NCBI GenBank assembly: GCA_045599645.1
Contig: JAZRWI010000014.1
Coordinates: 4,676 to 68,675 of the forward strand
Source of the DNA: Candidatus Avigastranaerophilus sp.
GTDB taxonomy: Bacteria > Muiribacteriota > Ozemobacteria > Ozemobacterales > Ozemobacteraceae
Direction: 5' to 3'
Length of the DNA stretch: 64,000 nucleotides
The notes beneath the pieces are model-generated. The model searched no databases, was not told the DNA's origin, and worked only from the letters and a program-made list of their open reading frames with translations. Below are positions 1-8,740 of this stretch, in pieces (position 1 is the stretch's first letter; every line of letters begins with the position of its first letter). Both the position numbers and the translations under genes were made by a program.

Positions 1-636
1 GACCCGCTTGATATCGTTAATCAGTATGGTGCTGACACACTTCGTGTTTATGTAATGTTCATGGGCGATTATGGAATGGCTGCTCCTTGGAACGATGCTT
101 CCGTTAAGGGCTGCAAGCGCTTCCTGGATCGTGTTGCTGCATTGACTGACATCGTAACTGATGCAGCAGTTGATGAAATTGAAAATAACATTCATAAAGC
201 AATCAAGAAGGTTACTTCTGACATTGAAGAACAGAAGTTCAATACAGCTATTGCATGCTTAATGGCTCTTCTCAATGATATTACAAAGGCAGGCAAGATT
301 GGTAAGGAACAGCTTGTAAGCTTCCTGAAGCTTTTGTCTCCATTTGCACCACACATTGCTGAAGAAGCTTATCATCAGATTGGTTTCAACGATTTCTTAA
401 CAGTATCTGCATGGCCAACCTATGATGAAGCCAAGACTGTTGATTCTGTAATCAATATTGGCGTTCAGGTAAATGGTAAGGTTCGCGGCACTGTAGGTAT
501 TCCTAAGGATGCTCCTAAGGAAGAAGCTATTGCCATTGGTAAAGCTAATGAAAAGGTTGCTTCCTTCCTCGAAGGCAAGACAATTGTTAAGGAAATCTAC
601 GTTCCAGGCAAAATCCTGAACTTCGTAGTTAAGTAA
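1..636 (+). CDS. leuS: Leucyl-tRNA synthetase, C-terminal part (5' truncated by window)
   Basis: Frame open from base 1 (DPLDIVNQYGADTLRVYVMFMGD); KFNTAIA, LSPFAPHIAEE, VQVNGKVR and IYVPGKILNFVVK motifs. Confidence 0.97.
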   Translation, partial: DPLDIVNQYGADTLRVYVMFMGDYGMAAPWNDASVKGCKRFLDRVAALTDIVTDAAVDEIENNIHKAIKKVTSDIEEQKFNTAIACLMALLNDITKAGKIGKEQLVSFLKLLSPFAPHIAEEAYHQIGFNDFLTVSAWPTYDEAKTVDSVINIGVQVNGKVRGTVGIPKDAPKEEAIAIGKANEKVASFLEGKTIVKEIYVPGKILNFVVK

Positions 637-639
637 GAT

Positions 640-669
640 AAAAAGCCAGCCATTCGGCTGGCTTTTTTT
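640..669 (+). terminator. Rho-independent terminator after leuS
   Basis: AAAAAGCCAGCC-ATTC-GGCTGGCTTTTTTT hairpin with U-tract. Confidence 0.9.
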
Positions 670-702
670 ATGTACTTTACGAAGTGGGTAGAAGGTGTGT
701 TT

Positions 703-770
703 CAATATATTTGGGATTAGGGGTTTGGGGTTGGGGGCTGGGGACGATGTATCGAGGCTTTGGTTGCTTT
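703..770. repeat. Left arm of imperfect inverted repeat enclosing the four-helix-bundle gene (G-rich heptamers)
   Basis: CAATATATTTGGGATTAGGGGTTTGGGGTTGGGGGCTGGGGACGAT...TGCTTT is approximately the reverse complement of 1305-1366. Confidence 0.85.
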
Positions 771-840
771 GTATGTGAAAGTTATTGCTTGAAAAATGTT
801 TCTTTGTTATTTTTTATTATGAGTAAGATTGAGGGAAAAT

Positions 841-1254
841 ATGAATAACAATGTAAGAACCTATAGAGATCTTATTGTTTGGAGTGATTCTAAGCTCCTT
901 GCAGAAAAAGTATATAATGTAACAAAATATTTACCTTCTGAAGAAAGATTTGGATTAGCAAGTCAAATGCAGAGGGCAGCTGTTTCTATCCCTTCAAATA
1001 TAGCTGAAGGTGAACAAAGGAATTCTACCAAAGATTACATTAGATTTTTATATACTTCCAGAGGTTCCTTAGCAGAGTTATTGACACAACTTGAAATTAC
1101 AAAGGATTTATATCCAGAACTAGAAAGTTTAATCATACCTTTGATAAATTCTTATAATATCTTAGGTAAAAAATTAAATAATCTCATAATTTCATTAAAA
1201 CGTAGACTAAAACTTAAAAGAGAAGCATATAAAAAGAAAAAATTATTAAAGTAA
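841..1254 (+). CDS. Four helix bundle protein (23S rRNA IVS protein / bAvd-like family)
   Basis: YRDLIVW...LPSEERFGLASQMQRAAVSIPSNIAEG...FLYTSRGSLAELLTQL; ATG 841 follows GAGGG (track gives TTG 829); more AT-rich than neighbours. Confidence 0.93.
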   Translation: MNNNVRTYRDLIVWSDSKLLAEKVYNVTKYLPSEERFGLASQMQRAAVSIPSNIAEGEQRNSTKDYIRFLYTSRGSLAELLTQLEITKDLYPELESLIIPLINSYNILGKKLNNLIISLKRRLKLKREAYKKKKLLK

Positions 1255-1304
1255 AAATAAATGAAATTAATACCAGTTTTCGCAAAGCAAAAATCTACGT
1301 AGGT

Positions 1305-1366
1305 AAAGCACCCAAGTCTTCGAACAATCGTCCCCAACCCCCAGCCCCCAATCCCAATATCTATTG
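1305..1366. repeat. Right arm of inverted repeat enclosing the four-helix-bundle gene (C-rich heptamers)
   Basis: AAAGCACCCAAGTCTTCGAACAATCGTCCCCAACCCCCAGCCCCCAATCCCAATATCTATTG pairs with 703-770. Confidence 0.85.
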
Positions 1367-1421
1367 CTTGTATGTGTAGTAAATGTTATAACTAGTAAAA
1401 ATAAATGAACGAGGTAACTAA

Positions 1422-1934
1422 ATGAAGCTTTGCGTTGTTTCTGATATACATGGTTCACAGACTGCTGCTGAAAAGGCAGTTAAGATGTTTGAAAATGAAA
1501 AGTGCGATTATATGCTTTTGCTGGGCGATGTTCTTTATCATGGCCCACGTAACCCATTGCCGGAAGGCCACAATCCACAGGGTGCTGCAAAAGCTTTGAA
1601 TACCATTAAAGATAAGATTATTGCAGTAAGAGGCAACTGTGATGCTGACATTGACCAGATGCTTCTCGAATTCCCATGCATGGCTGAATACGTGATTCTG
1701 GTTGATGGTCCTCGCAAGATTTTTGCAACACACGGTCACATTTATGGCCCGGATAATCTGCCAAAGCTTCACGGAATCAGTTATTTCTTCTCAGGTCACA
1801 CACATGTTTCCTATGTCGAAAAGCGTGGCGACCTGACTCTCTGTAATCCAAGCTCCTGCGCACTTCCAAAAGATGGTAAAGGCCCAAGCCTGGCAATTTA
1901 TGAAGATGGTGACATCAGAATAGTATCATTGTAA
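1422..1934 (+). CDS. yfcE: Metallophosphoesterase / phosphodiesterase YfcE
   Basis: SDIHGS, GDVLYHGPRNPLP, VRGNCD, THGH, GHTH, NPSS motifs. Confidence 0.92.
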   Translation: MKLCVVSDIHGSQTAAEKAVKMFENEKCDYMLLLGDVLYHGPRNPLPEGHNPQGAAKALNTIKDKIIAVRGNCDADIDQMLLEFPCMAEYVILVDGPRKIFATHGHIYGPDNLPKLHGISYFFSGHTHVSYVEKRGDLTLCNPSSCALPKDGKGPSLAIYEDGDIRIVSL

Positions 1935-1954
1935 ATAAAGGAGAATAATATTCC

Positions 1955-2533
1955 ATGAGTATTAATAAAAATATTCTTGTTTTTATGCTTGTTTCTTTAA
2001 TGGTTTCTAATACTTTGTTTGCAGATAATAAGGCTGATGAAAAAGCAGAAAAAAAGGAAATATCCAAAAAATCAGAATCCGTTTCAGCCAAGAAGCTTTG
2101 TGAAGGCCTTGAAAAGCTTATAGAAGCCCGTGAATCAGTTGAAGAAGTATATATTCAGATAAACAAATCTGAAATTGATAAATCAGAAAAAACTTCTGTA
2201 ACAGTGCTTATTCAGGCAAAAAATGACTCAAAGTTAAATGATGAAGAATTAAATAAAATTAATACTTTGATTTCTGCCGCTGTTGATAAGGTAGACGCTA
2301 AGGATATTACTATTACTGAAGTAGACTTTGATCAGTTGAAGAAAAAGTTTGCCAAGGATATAGACAAGTCTAAGTCAAAGGATAAATCTGACAAAAAAGA
2401 AAAAGCTGATAAATCAGACAAGAAAGACAAAGACAAAGTAAAAGAAGATAAGAAAGATAAAGAAAACGATTCTATAAAAGAAGACAAGAAAGATAGTAAA
2501 AAAGAAGATACTAAGGAAGAAAAGAAAGACTGA
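1955..2533 (+). CDS. Secreted protein with a single FliF/YscJ-like ring-building motif and K/D/E-rich tail
   Basis: Signal peptide (NTLFA-D); LEKLIE..SV..VYIQI...SVTVLIQ...INTLISAAV.KV...DITI pattern; paralog of next gene. Confidence 0.6.
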   Translation: MSINKNILVFMLVSLMVSNTLFADNKADEKAEKKEISKKSESVSAKKLCEGLEKLIEARESVEEVYIQINKSEIDKSEKTSVTVLIQAKNDSKLNDEELNKINTLISAAVDKVDAKDITITEVDFDQLKKKFAKDIDKSKSKDKSDKKEKADKSDKKDKDKVKEDKKDKENDSIKEDKKDSKKEDTKEEKKD

Positions 2534-2540
2534 TAACCAT

Positions 2541-2570
2541 AAAAAAAGCTCGGGTTAATCGGGCTTTTTT
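2541..2570 (+). terminator. Rho-independent terminator
   Basis: AAAAAAGCTCG...CGGGCTTTTTT hairpin (one G-U pair) with U-tract. Confidence 0.75.
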
Positions 2571-2635
2571 GCTTTCAAGTAATATACATAATGATATGAA
2601 TTGTGATAAAATCTATGAAATAAGGAGTGTTAAAT

Positions 2636-3223
2636 ATGAATAACAAAATGTTGGTATTGATGATTGCTTGTATGTTAAGTTCTAATGCTTTGTTCGCACA
2701 GGATAAGCCTGAAGCTGCTCAAGAAAAACAGCCAGAAAAAACTGAAGTTGCAAGTGTAAGTGAAAGCGAATCTCCAGCCAATAAGAAGATGGTTGTTGAA
2801 CTTCAGAAATTGATTGAATCACGCGAATCAGTTAAACAGGTTTATATACAGCTTGACCTTCCGGAACCTATTATAAAGGATACTCCAAAGGCAGTTGTCC
2901 TTTTGCAGCCGGCTGAAGACAAAATATCTGACGAAGAAATCAGCAAGATTAAGTCAATAATCTCTACTACAGTAGATGGTCTTGATGTAAAGGATATTAA
3001 TCTTGTTAAAATGGATTTGGGCAGATTGAGAAGAGATATGGGCATGATGGGAATGGGCAGACCATTCTGGGGCAAAGGCAAACAAGGCGAACGCCCGGAA
3101 ATGGGTGGCAGAAGAGGCGGATTAAGAGGCGGAATGATGAGACCTTCCAGACCTGGTATGCATGGCAAAGGTTCTACTGCCGCTGCTGATGAAAAGCCAG
3201 CCACTGAAAATACCAAGGAATGA
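2636..3223 (+). CDS. Secreted protein with a single FliF/YscJ-like ring-building motif and G/M/R-rich tail
   Basis: Signal peptide (NALFA-Q); ELQKLIESRESVKQVYIQLDLPEP...PKAVVLL...EEISKIKSIISTTVDGL...INLV aligns by eye with FliF RBM2; AGGAG SD upstream. Confidence 0.65.
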   Translation: MNNKMLVLMIACMLSSNALFAQDKPEAAQEKQPEKTEVASVSESESPANKKMVVELQKLIESRESVKQVYIQLDLPEPIIKDTPKAVVLLQPAEDKISDEEISKIKSIISTTVDGLDVKDINLVKMDLGRLRRDMGMMGMGRPFWGKGKQGERPEMGGRRGGLRGGMMRPSRPGMHGKGSTAAADEKPATENTKE

Positions 3224-3228
3224 TTATT

Positions 3229-3693
3229 AATTCATAATGCATAATGCATAATTCATAATTCATAATTCATAATGCATAATGCATAATGCATAATGCATAA
3301 TTGTTTGGTGGATTGGGTTTGGTGCTGCTACCTACGACCTAATACCTAATACCTAAGACCTAATACCTAATTCATAATTCATAATGCACAATTGAGAATT
3401 GAGAATTGAGAATTGAGAATGCAGAAGGCATAATTGTTAGATTGGGTTTGGTGCTAATACCTAATACCTAATACCTAATACCTAATTCATAATTCATAAT
3501 GCATAATTGTTTGGTGGATTGGGTTTGGTGCTAATACCTAATACCTAAGACCTAAGACCTAATACCTAATACCTAATTCATAATGCATAATGCATAATTC
3601 ATAATGCATAATTCATAATGCATAATTGTTTGGTGGATTGGGTTTGGTGCTAATACCTAATACCTAATACCTAATACCTAATACCTAATTCAT
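3229..3693. repeat. Higher-order heptamer satellite: 4x[(AATKCAT)n - 28-bp G/T-rich spacer - (AAKACCT)m]
   Basis: A-runs of 10,9,3,7(+1) units, B-runs of 6,4,6,5 units; spacer AATTGTTTGGTGGATTGGGTTTGGTGCT at 3299, 3505, 3624 and a 24-bp variant at 3432. Confidence 0.97.
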
Positions 3694-3694
3694 A

Positions 3695-5335
3695 ATGAAG
3701 AATAGAATAGCTATAGTAATAATATTACTTATAAGCCTTGTAGTGGCTGATACTAGCTTATTGGCTGCTACAAGGGACGCTATCTCTATTTCTAATAAGA
3801 AAACCATATTGTTTGTTCCACTGGATAGCAGGCCTATTACAAGTGTTCAAACCGTAGACAGTGTAAAAAAGCTTGGCTATAATATACTTACACCACCGAA
3901 GGAATATCTTGGCACTAAGAGTTTTAATGGCAACCCGGATGGCTTTTGGAGTTGGCTTGAAGATACTGCTAAGACTAATAAAAATGATATACTTGCAGTC
4001 GTTTTATCCTGCGATAGTATGATTTATGGAAGCCTTGTTGCTTCCAGGATGCACAATTTAAGCAATGAAATACTCATTGAACGTGTAAGACGTTTTGTTG
4101 ATTTTCATAATAAATTTCCAAATATAAAAATCTATACATATTCTTCAATTATGCGCACATTGCGCTTTGTTGAAAGTGGTGTAGAAAACAAGAATTACGA
4201 AAAGCTGGGCGATAAATTTTTCAGATATACAGTTTTATTGGATAAAAAAGAGCTCGGCCTTTGTAACTATGATGAAAAGCTGGAATTTGCCAAACTAAGA
4301 GTTAATCTTCCCATGGAATTCCTGAATAGCTGGATGGTGCAGCGAACCAGGAATTACATGGTAAACCGACAGCTTCTTGTATTAGCTAAGCTAGGCTATA
4401 TTACATACCTTGCTTTTGGCAGAGATGATAATGCTCCTTTTTCCCAGACTCATAGGGAAAGCAGGAAATTAAATGAATATGCAAATGCTATTGGTTTGAA
4501 GGATTTTGTGAATCTTGCCGGTCTGGATGAATTTGGCTGTGTCATGCTTATGAGAGCTATTAATGACGCCAATAATGAAAGACCTGCTGTTTATGTAAAA
4601 TATAACGTTGGGGTTGGCGGTGATATGATTCCAATGTTCAGTGACGAGGCGGTCAGAGATACTATTAAAAAGCAGATTTCCGTCATTGGTGGTATGGAAG
4701 TTGATAAACCTGAAAATGCAGAATTGGTATTGCTTGTAAATACGCCAGAAGATGGTAAATCTGTGAATCACTATGTTGTAGCATTATCTGGTGAAATAAA
4801 GGAAACCGAATCTCAGAAGAAGTTGAGAGCCAAGCAGGTTTCTTCAGCTTTGAACTTTGTGAGGATGCTTGAGGAAGATATCAGAAAAGGTTATAGGATT
4901 GCTGTCGCAGATATTTCGCATCCAAATGGAGCTGATGACGCGATGTTAAACAATATGAGAATCAGGCGCCTGCTATTCAGGTTAAATTCATATTCTGGTT
5001 GGAATACAGCTACTAATAGCACAGGCTTTGCTCTTGCCCAGGGTCTGATTGCAAATAAGCTTGATGTAAATGCACGCACAGAGTTACTGCTTGTCAGATA
5101 CATAGACGACTGGATTTATCAAAGAATAGTCCGCACAGAAATTATGAAGGATCTTGCCAAGATAGGCAGCCGCTATATTTGGGAATTCAACGATAAAAAA
5201 GAGCTTATAGAAGAAGACATTAACGATTTGATGCATTTTGCCATCGCTGGTTGTCTACCAGGCTTCGATATATTAGAAAACGTAACCTTCACCAACCCCT
5301 GGAACCGCATGTTTGAAACCGACATAAGATTTTAG
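3695..5335 (+). CDS. DUF4127 family protein with N-terminal signal peptide
   Basis: FVPLDSRP, YGSLVASR, GRDDNAPFSQT, ADI..PNGAD, YSGWNTATNSTG, DDWIYQ, PWNRMFE. Confidence 0.88.
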   Translation: MKNRIAIVIILLISLVVADTSLLAATRDAISISNKKTILFVPLDSRPITSVQTVDSVKKLGYNILTPPKEYLGTKSFNGNPDGFWSWLEDTAKTNKNDILAVVLSCDSMIYGSLVASRMHNLSNEILIERVRRFVDFHNKFPNIKIYTYSSIMRTLRFVESGVENKNYEKLGDKFFRYTVLLDKKELGLCNYDEKLEFAKLRVNLPMEFLNSWMVQRTRNYMVNRQLLVLAKLGYITYLAFGRDDNAPFSQTHRESRKLNEYANAIGLKDFVNLAGLDEFGCVMLMRAINDANNERPAVYVKYNVGVGGDMIPMFSDEAVRDTIKKQISVIGGMEVDKPENAELVLLVNTPEDGKSVNHYVVALSGEIKETESQKKLRAKQVSSALNFVRMLEEDIRKGYRIAVADISHPNGADDAMLNNMRIRRLLFRLNSYSGWNTATNSTGFALAQGLIANKLDVNARTELLLVRYIDDWIYQRIVRTEIMKDLAKIGSRYIWEFNDKKELIEEDINDLMHFAIAGCLPGFDILENVTFTNPWNRMFETDIRF

Positions 5336-5444
5336 TCGAAAGCTGGAAGCCTGCTGTTTTTATCTAAAAATATCTTTTATATAGAGCTATTTTGGGCTAT
5401 AATGGTAGCATAACTTTAGATAGCTACTAAGGAAAATTGATTGT

Positions 5445-5864
5445 ATGACTACACCAACAAACGTTGTTTTGGGCGTTATCGGTTCGGATTGTCATTCTGT
5501 AGGAAACAAGATACTTGAAGCATTCTTCACAGAAAAAGGCTTTAAAGTAACTAATCTTGGCGTAATGGTAAGCCAGGAAGAATTTATTGCTGCAGCAATT
5601 GAAACCAATGCTAAGGCTATTCTGGTTTCTTCCCTATATGGTCACGGCGAAATTGACTGTGTCGGTCTTCGCGATAAGTGCATTGAAAAGGGTTTGGACA
5701 ATATGATTCTTTATGTTGGTGGCAACCTGGTTGTTGGGAAAACACCTTTCGATGTTGTGGAAAGCAAGTTTTTAAAGATGGGCTACGACAGAGTTTTTGG
5801 CCCTGAAGATTCTCTTGATAGAGAAGCTGAATTGCTTCAGAAAGATATCGAAGCCAGACAATAA
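5445..5864 (+). CDS. glmS: Glutamate (methylaspartate) mutase sigma subunit, B12-binding
   Basis: [35 protein letters not shown]. Confidence 0.96.
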   Translation: MTTPTNVVLGVIGSDCHSVGNKILEAFFTEKGFKVTNLGVMVSQEEFIAAAIETNAKAILVSSLYGHGEIDCVGLRDKCIEKGLDNMILYVGGNLVVGKTPFDVVESKFLKMGYDRVFGPEDSLDREAELLQKDIEARQ

Positions 5865-7288
5865 TGCCAGACCAGATCATTTGCGTGGATATAGGCTCTA
5901 CCTACACAAAGGGTGCTGTATTCAGAATGACTGAAAGCATCTTTTCTGTAGAAAAGCGCGCAGTATCACCAACCACAGTAGAAAACCTTCCAGACGGCTT
6001 TTATGCTGTTTTGGAAAAGCTTTTGCCTGATTGTGATGTGCGCAGCTTAGATGCAGCTAATTCACCATGTCCGATTTATTTTTCATCATCGGCAAAGGGT
6101 GGGTTAAAGGTTGCTGTAGTAGGTCTTGTCCCGGAAATGTCTTTAAATATTGCTCGCCTGGCAGCATTCTCTGCTGGCGCAAAGATTTGCGCTTCATATC
6201 CATACCAGCTTACTGCTTCCCATATAAAGAAAATAGAAGCAGAAAACCCTGATATATTGCTGCTTTGCGGCGGGACTGACGGTGGCAACGAAAAATATGT
6301 TACAGAAAATGCTAAGACCATAGCAGCTTCCGCTTTTAAAGGCACAGTTGTCTATGCTGGTAACAGTTATGCAGCGGATACCGTTGCTGAACTGCTGGGC
6401 GATAAAGAACATGTTATTGTTGAAAATGTAATGCCGGATTTTGGCAAACTCAATATTGAACCAGTTCGCAAGGCCATAAGAAATATTTTTCTGGCAAAGA
6501 TTGTTTCTGGAAAAGGGCTTGATAAGCTGGTAAAAGCTTTTGACGTCCAGCCACTTCCAACACCGCTGGCGGTTTATAACCTTGTAAAGGCTATTGGCGG
6601 CAGCCTGAAGGAATGGGATAATTTTGCTCTCATAGATATGGGTGGCGCAACTACAGACTTTTATTCCAATGGCAAAAGCTATGACCCTGATTCAAACACA
6701 GTAATGAAGGGGATTATAGAACCTAACCTCAAACGGACTGTCGAAGGCGATCTGGGAATGAGAGTCAGCGCTGAAGCTGCCTACGAAACCGGTGAAGAAT
6801 ACATTCGCAGTGTAAGCGGCTATGACGATGATGAAATGGCTGCTTATAAGGCTTTTATTGATAGGGTTCATGCAGATACTGATTATTTACCTGTAGATGA
6901 TAAAGAAAAGGCTTATGACCGTTATCTGGCAAGCGCTTGTATTTATCATTCTCTTCTGCGCCACTGCGGCACTGTTGAAGAAGTTTATACCTGCAACGGC
7001 AGAGTATGGGCACAGGTAGGTAAGGATCTGAGAAAGGTTACAAAGATTGTTGGAACAGGTGGATATCTGGCGGCCATGGGGCGTAATGGTGAACAGGTTG
7101 TGATTCCCAATAAGCCAGTGCAAATGACCGAAAAGATGCCATTGCTTCCACAGAAATTTGAGTATTATTCAGATAGCAGTTATATATGGCCATTGCTTGG
7201 TAATTTGGCAGAAAAATACCCGGTTCAGTGTGCAAATACTGCTGTTAATGTATTATTAAAAATGGATGAAACTAATGGTAAGGAGTGA
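5864..7288 (+). CDS. glmL: Glutamate mutase accessory/reactivating protein GlmL (MutL)
   Basis: DIGSTYTK, SSSAKGGL, LLCGGTDGGN, PTP.AV, DMGGATTDFYS, KRTVEGDLGMR; lies between S and E subunits. Confidence 0.94.
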   Translation: MPDQIICVDIGSTYTKGAVFRMTESIFSVEKRAVSPTTVENLPDGFYAVLEKLLPDCDVRSLDAANSPCPIYFSSSAKGGLKVAVVGLVPEMSLNIARLAAFSAGAKICASYPYQLTASHIKKIEAENPDILLLCGGTDGGNEKYVTENAKTIAASAFKGTVVYAGNSYAADTVAELLGDKEHVIVENVMPDFGKLNIEPVRKAIRNIFLAKIVSGKGLDKLVKAFDVQPLPTPLAVYNLVKAIGGSLKEWDNFALIDMGGATTDFYSNGKSYDPDSNTVMKGIIEPNLKRTVEGDLGMRVSAEAAYETGEEYIRSVSGYDDDEMAAYKAFIDRVHADTDYLPVDDKEKAYDRYLASACIYHSLLRHCGTVEEVYTCNGRVWAQVGKDLRKVTKIVGTGGYLAAMGRNGEQVVIPNKPVQMTEKMPLLPQKFEYYSDSSYIWPLLGNLAEKYPVQCANTAVNVLLKMDETNGKE

Positions 7289-8740
7289 TTGCCAGTGAGT
7301 TCTTATAAAATTAGCGATGAAAAATTTGATGAAATTCGTAAAGAAATTCTCGCAACATGGCCAACAGGCAAAGACATTGATTTTGAAGAAGCTGTAGCTT
7401 ATCAGAAAGCTATTCCTGAATCAAAGAACTTTGCTGTAGCTATGCGCAAAGCCTCTGAAGAAGGCAGAACCCTCTGCCAGCCAAGAGCAGGCGTAGCTTT
7501 GATTCAAGATCATATCAAGCTTTTACAGTTTCTTGAAACAGAAGGCCAGGCTGATTTGCTTCCAACAACTATTGATGCCTATACAAGACTCAATCGCTAT
7601 CAGGAAGCTGCAAACGGTATTCAGCGTTCCTTAGAAGCTAGAACCTCACTGCTTAACGGCTTCCCAGCAGTAAACCACGGTCTTTATGGCTGTCGTCAGG
7701 TTACTGAAGCTGTTAAATCACCAATTCAGGTAAGGCACGGAACTCCGGATGCCAGACTTCTTGCTGAAATTACTCTGGCAGGCGGTTTTACAAGCTTTGA
7801 AGGTGGCGGAATTTCCTATAATATTCCTTATGCCAAGAAGGTTCCTCTGACAAAGTCTATTGAAGACTGGAAATATGTTGACCGTCTTGTTGGTCGCTAT
7901 GAAGAACGCGGCATTCACATCAACCGTGAACCCTTCGGACCATTGACCGGAACACTTGTTCCACCATGTGTAAGCCATGTCTGCGCAATTGTTGAAGGTA
8001 TTCTTGCTTTGCGCCAGGGCGTTCGTTCTATCACACTCGGCTACGGTCAGGGTGGTAACATGATTCAGGACGTTGCAGCCTTGATTTCTTTGAGAAATCT
8101 TGCTCACGAATACTTCAAACGCGAAGGCCTGAATGATTATGAACTTACAACCGTATTCCATCAGTGGATGGGCGGTTTCCCATCTGATGAAGCAAAGGCC
8201 TTTGCTGTTATTAGCTGGGGCGCTGCGGTAGCTGTTCTTGCTGGTGCTGACAAGGTTATTGTTAAATCACCACACGAAGCTATGGGTATTCCGACCAAGG
8301 AAGCAAACGGTATGGGTATTCGCTGCACTAAGCAGGCTGTTAGCATGCTTCGCGACCAGAAGCTTCCAATCAGTGCTGAACACCAGACTGAAATTGAACA
8401 GATTGAAAAGGAAGTTCGCTGCATCATGGATGCTCTTTACAAGCTTGGCGATGGCGACATCGAAAAGGGTGTAATTGCAGGCTTTGAAGCAGGCGTGATA
8501 GACGTTCCATTTGCTCCTTCTATTTACAACCATGGTAAGATTTTACCAATGCGTGATAACAACGGCTTTATCCGCATTTTCAATAAGGGCAATATGGCTT
8601 TGAACGACGAAATTATGGATTACCACCGCGCTAAACTGGAAGAACGCGGTAAGGCAGAAGGCCGTAAGGTTTGCTTCCAGATGGTAACAGACGACATTTA
8701 TGCAATCAGCAAAGGTGCACTTGTAGGGAGACCAAGATGA
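7289..8740 (+). CDS. glmE: Glutamate mutase epsilon subunit
   Basis: QPRAGVAL, TIDAYTRLNRY, LLNGFPAVNHG, QVRHGTPDARLLAE, NREPFGPLTGTLVPP; start may be GTG 7295. Confidence 0.97.
   Translation: MPVSSYKISDEKFDEIRKEILATWPTGKDIDFEEAVAYQKAIPESKNFAVAMRKASEEGRTLCQPRAGVALIQDHIKLLQFLETEGQADLLPTTIDAYTRLNRYQEAANGIQRSLEARTSLLNGFPAVNHGLYGCRQVTEAVKSPIQVRHGTPDARLLAEITLAGGFTSFEGGGISYNIPYAKKVPLTKSIEDWKYVDRLVGRYEERGIHINREPFGPLTGTLVPPCVSHVCAIVEGILALRQGVRSITLGYGQGGNMIQDVAALISLRNLAHEYFKREGLNDYELTTVFHQWMGGFPSDEAKAFAVISWGAAVAVLAGADKVIVKSPHEAMGIPTKEANGMGIRCTKQAVSMLRDQKLPISAEHQTEIEQIEKEVRCIMDALYKLGDGDIEKGVIAGFEAGVIDVPFAPSIYNHGKILPMRDNNGFIRIFNKGNMALNDEIMDYHRAKLEERGKAEGRKVCFQMVTDDIYAISKGALVGRPR

Noticed and set aside
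829-1254. DGR accessory gene avd or a 23S rRNA intervening sequence
   Set aside because: No reverse transcriptase, template repeat or rRNA sequence nearby; flanks are leuS and yfcE
2350-2530. Purine-rich quasi-repeat
   Set aside because: Explained by the K/D/E low-complexity protein tail
3229-3693. CRISPR array (28-bp constant unit repeated four times)
   Set aside because: Intervening sequences are heptamer microsatellites, not unique spacers; no cas genes in the window
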